Shown here: positions 25,879-28,200 of the stretch, piece after piece | Position numbering within the stretch: the first letter of the stretch is position 1 | Layout of the letters: every line of letters starts with the position of its first letter | Assembly: GCA_038046665.1 (NCBI GenBank) | Contig: JBBSVS010000089.1 | Location: 1-28,200, forward strand | Origin: Thermoplasmatota archaeon | GTDB lineage: Archaea > Thermoplasmatota > Thermoplasmata > RBG-16-68-12 | Length of the DNA stretch: 28,200 nt | Direction: 5' to 3' | The notes under the pieces: model-generated | What the model was told of the DNA's origin: nothing | What the model saw: only the letters and a program-made list of their open reading frames with translations | The model's database searches: none | Translations under genes and position numbers: made by a program

Positions 25879-27126
25879 TCACCCAAGGTTTCTCAGCAGC
25901 GCTACGGAACCGAGGGCCTCCACGGTCGCGCGATCTTGGACGCGGCATCGGACCACGGCCTCGATGCGTTCGGGGCCATGGACGACGGATAGGACGTCCG
26001 CATGCTCGTGGAGCCAGTGGAGCCTCGCCTCGCTCTCCGGTCCCTGCGGGAGGATCAGGTGGACCTCGAGGGGATAGGCGAAGGTCGCGAGGATCGCGTC
26101 GCGCAGGGCGTCGAGGCCACGACGGGTCGTCACGGAGAGGGCCATGGGCCTCCGATGGAATTCGGATTCCGCGAGGACCTGACCCTTGGACTCGAGCTCC
26201 TCCTCGGAGAGGAGGTCGGCCTTCGTGAGGACGGGGAGGACGTTGTCCACGGAGACTTTCGGCAGGAGAGTCCGGGCGGCGAGGCGCACCTTCCGGCGGA
26301 TCTCCTCCTCGGGGTCGGAGGCCTCGACGAGGAGGACGACCAGGTCCGCCTCTAAGATCTCCTCGAGGGTCGCGTGGAACGCCTCGATCATCCAGAAGGG
26401 CACCGCGTCGACGAACCCGATCGTGTCCGTGAGTAGGATCCGCTTCCGCGTCCCGAGGAGGTTGCGGGTGGTGGTGGAGAGGGTGGAGAACATGCGTTCG
26501 TCCACGAGGACGTGTTCGCCCGCGAGGACGTTGAGGAGGGAGGATTTGCCCGCGTTCGCATAGCCCGCGAGGGCGACGAGGTGGTAGCCCCGCTCCTTCC
26601 GCAGCTGCCGCCGGACATCCCTCTCCCTCCGGATCGTGTCGAGGTCGTCGCGGATCTTCTTGAGCCTCCGCTTCACGGTCTCGTAGTACGCGTCGACGCG
26701 CTGCTCGCCGCCGGCCATGAAACCCGGCCGCTCGCCGAGGTCCGCCTCGTGAATCCATTCCCGGAGGAGCGGGATCTCGTATTGCAACAGGGCGAGCTCG
26801 ACCTGTAGCTTCGCGTCCCGCGTCGTGGCCCGCTGCGCGAAGAGCTCGAGCAGCACGCGCAGCCGATCGTAGCACTCCACTCCGAGCTCCCGTTCGAGAT
26901 GGTGGTGCATCGTGGGCCGCAGCCCGCCGTTGAACACGACCACGTCCACGTCACCCCGCTCGACGCGCTCCCGGATCTCGTCGAGCTTCCCGCGCCCGAC
27001 GAAGAGCCGCGGTTCCGGGCGGTCCCGCCTCTGGATCATCCGATCGACGATGCGGTGCCCGGCGGACTCGAGGAGGGCGGTGATCTCCTTCACATCCTCG
27101 GACAGGGAGACCAGGAGGACGTCCAA
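25879..27126 (-). CDS. hflX: Ribosome-associated GTPase HflX
   Basis: QRRDRP...FVGRGKLDE, YDR...LELFAQRA...KLQVELA, G1 GYANAGKSS, G2 FSTL, G3 DTIGF, G4 TKAD. TTG start ~27 nt after a TATA-like CTTTAT (27158-27153). Confidence 0.93.
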   Translation of the reverse strand: MDVLLVSLSEDVKEITALLESAGHRIVDRMIQRRDRPEPRLFVGRGKLDEIRERVERGDVDVVVFNGGLRPTMHHHLERELGVECYDRLRVLLELFAQRATTRDAKLQVELALLQYEIPLLREWIHEADLGERPGFMAGGEQRVDAYYETVKRRLKKIRDDLDTIRRERDVRRQLRKERGYHLVALAGYANAGKSSLLNVLAGEHVLVDERMFSTLSTTTRNLLGTRKRILLTDTIGFVDAVPFWMIEAFHATLEEILEADLVVLLVEASDPEEEIRRKVRLAARTLLPKVSVDNVLPVLTKADLLSEEELESKGQVLAESEFHRRPMALSVTTRRGLDALRDAILATFAYPLEVHLILPQGPESEARLHWLHEHADVLSVVHGPERIEAVVRCRVQDRATVEALGSVALLRNLG

Positions 27127-27160
27127 CGCCTCGTCTAAGGCCCCACCACCCCATAAAGGA

Positions 27161-27188
27161 TTCCAGTGGAAGTGGAGGGGTGGGGGTC
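27161..27188. repeat. 28-bp perfect inverted repeat, copy B (intergenic)
   Basis: Plus strand TTCCAGTGGAAGTGGAGGGGTGGGGGTC is identical to the gcvT sense-strand sequence encoding (V)PVEVEGWG(S). Confidence 0.9.
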
Positions 27189-27210
27189 CGGCCGGGTCCG
27201 CCCACCCACG

Positions 27211-27234
27211 CGTTAACCTTAAGTAAGGTTAACG
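27211..27234. repeat. Perfect 10-4-10 palindrome, copy 2
   Basis: CGTTAACCTT-AAGT-AAGGTTAACG. 27209-27234 matches 14043-14068 at 24 of 26 positions. Confidence 0.85.
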
Positions 27235-27247
27235 GGATGCCGATGGC

Positions 27248-27484
27248 GTGCAGGTCGGCTGTGGCGTCACCACGAAGGCGATCCGAGGCAGGCCCTACCT
27301 CTACTTCTGGCACTACGAGGAGCGCGGCGGCCGGCGGGCCCAGGTGTATCAGTACATGGGCTCCGCGCGGTCCGAGGCCGTCCGGCAGCGCCTCGCCGAG
27401 GCGATCGGCGCCTACTTCGACCGGGTGAGCGTGGAGCTCCGGCACAGGCGCTCGGAGATCCTCGCCCGCGCGATGCTCCCGTGA
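27248..27484 (+). CDS. Small basic protein, putative beta-sheet DNA-binding domain (integrase N-terminal/arm-binding-like)
   Basis: TTKAIRGRPYLYFWHYEERGGRRAQVYQYMG followed by a long helix. The GTG lies ~27 nt from the CTTAAG at the centre of the palindrome, consistent with a leaderless transcript. Confidence 0.65.
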   Translation: MQVGCGVTTKAIRGRPYLYFWHYEERGGRRAQVYQYMGSARSEAVRQRLAEAIGAYFDRVSVELRHRRSEILARAMLP

Positions 27485-27526
27485 GGCCACAAAGCCCATA
27501 TCGTGCCCGCGGGTTGGTCTCCCCGG

Positions 27527-27778
27527 ATGCGCCTGCGCGTGAAGCTCTTCGCCACCTATGGCGAGATCGCCGGGTCCAAGGAGTTCGCGTGGACCGCGAA
27601 GTAAGGCGAACGGCTGGGCGATTTCCTCGACGCTCTCTTCCAGAAGTATCCGCGCCTCGCGGGCCACAGGGAGACGATGCTCCTTGCGGTGAACCACTCC
27701 TTCGCGCCGCCCGACGAGGTCCTCCATGACGGGGACGAGATCGCCCTCATGCCCCCGGTGAGCGGAGGCGCGGCATGA
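27527..27778 (+). pseudogene. moaD: MoaD/SAMP-type sulfur carrier with in-frame TAA at codon 26 (pseudogene or sequence error)
   Basis: MRLRVKLFATYGEIAGSKEFAWTAK*GERLGDFLDAL...LAVN...LHDGDEIALMPPVSGGAA*. TAA at 27602-27604. The stop overlaps the moaE ATG. Confidence 0.85.
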
Positions 27779-28173
27779 TCGAGATCACGCGGAAGCGGAT
27801 CGACGTGGGCGCGGTCCTCGACTCGGTGCGCCGCGACGACGCCGGTGCGGTCGTCCTGTTCCTCGGCACCGTCCGCGCGGATCCCGGCGTGGCCTCCTTG
27901 GACTACGAGGTCTACCTGCCCATGGCCCGCAAGGTCCTCGCGGAGCTCGTCGACCGCGCGCGGTCGAAGTTCGGGATCCTGGAGATGTCCATCGTCCACC
28001 GCCTCGGCCGCGTGTCCGTCGGCGGGGACTCCGTGGCGATCGCTTGCGCCGCGGCCCACCGACGCGAGGCCTTCGAGGCCTGCGCCTGGGCGATGGACGA
28101 GGTCAAGCGGGTCGTGCCCATCTGGAAATCCGAGCCGCCGGAGGGCGAAGCCCGCGCTCCCCGGCGGAAATAG
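27775..28173 (+). CDS. moaE: Molybdopterin synthase catalytic subunit MoaE
   Basis: GAVVLFLGTVR, LDYEVY..MA, VHRLG, AAAHRREAFEAC...DEVK...PIWK. Confidence 0.92.
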   Translation: MIEITRKRIDVGAVLDSVRRDDAGAVVLFLGTVRADPGVASLDYEVYLPMARKVLAELVDRARSKFGILEMSIVHRLGRVSVGGDSVAIACAAAHRREAFEACAWAMDEVKRVVPIWKSEPPEGEARAPRRK

Positions 28174-28200
28174 AAAACGTCGGCGGGGCCGCGAAGGCCC

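Noticed and set aside
24272-26875. 867-aa minus-strand ORF
   Set aside because: Off-frame shadow across hflX, the DUF3198-like gene and gcvT, with low-complexity R/P/G content.
25879-27126. HflX motif deviations (TKAD for NKxD, TLSTT for TLDPT)
   Set aside because: Within the variation I would expect for archaeal HflX; G1 and G3 are intact.
14069-27210. Integrated mobile element bounded by the two palindromes
   Set aside because: The cargo is housekeeping genes with host codon use, there is no integrase, and the spacers differ.
27127-27247. Mini-CRISPR interpretation of the 28-mer as a self-targeting spacer
   Set aside because: No direct repeats flank it and no cas genes are in the window.
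27602-27604. Selenocysteine/pyrrolysine recoding in moaD
   Set aside because: The codon is TAA, not TGA or TAG.
1-28200. tRNA, rRNA, CRISPR arrays and IS transposases
   Set aside because: No T-loop/cloverleaf, rRNA signature, repeat-spacer periodicity or transposase motif seen by eye; tRNAscan-SE and cmscan would confirm.

Overview
High-GC (roughly two-thirds G+C by eye) archaeal chromosomal window. TATA-box promoters, GGTGA/GGAGG ribosome-binding sites, an archaeal-type ribonucleotide reductase with an intein and a DUF3198-like membrane protein point to Thermoplasmata; this is inference, with no marker gene to prove it. Content is mostly core metabolism: catalase 3' end, nickel permease/NikR, proline dehydrogenase, endonuclease III, heme o synthase, a leuC-leuD-citrate synthase-isocitrate dehydrogenase cluster, a FadF/EMO-like membrane Fe-S oxidoreductase, ETF, glutamate dehydrogenase, a 2-hydroxyacid dehydrogenase, class II RNR with a full LAGLIDADG intein, GcvT, HflX and MoaD/MoaE. 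I found no rRNA, tRNA, CRISPR array or transposase. The most unusual signal lies in the hflX/small-ORF intergenic region (27127-27247). It holds (i) a perfect 28-bp inverted copy of a segment from an extra 44-codon insertion inside gcvT and (ii) a 24-bp palindrome repeated almost exactly 13 kb away, in front of the pterin-carbinolamine dehydratase gene. Directly downstream is a 78-aa ORF resembling integrase-type beta-sheet DNA-binding domains. Other notable points: a LeuCD-type heterodimer probably acting as the TCA aconitase, A/T-ending codon patches at RNR intein-homing motifs, and three gene lesions (head-to-head double truncation at ~11345, a start-codon frameshift at ~14940 and a TAA inside moaD). 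The lesions may be real or assembly artefacts.
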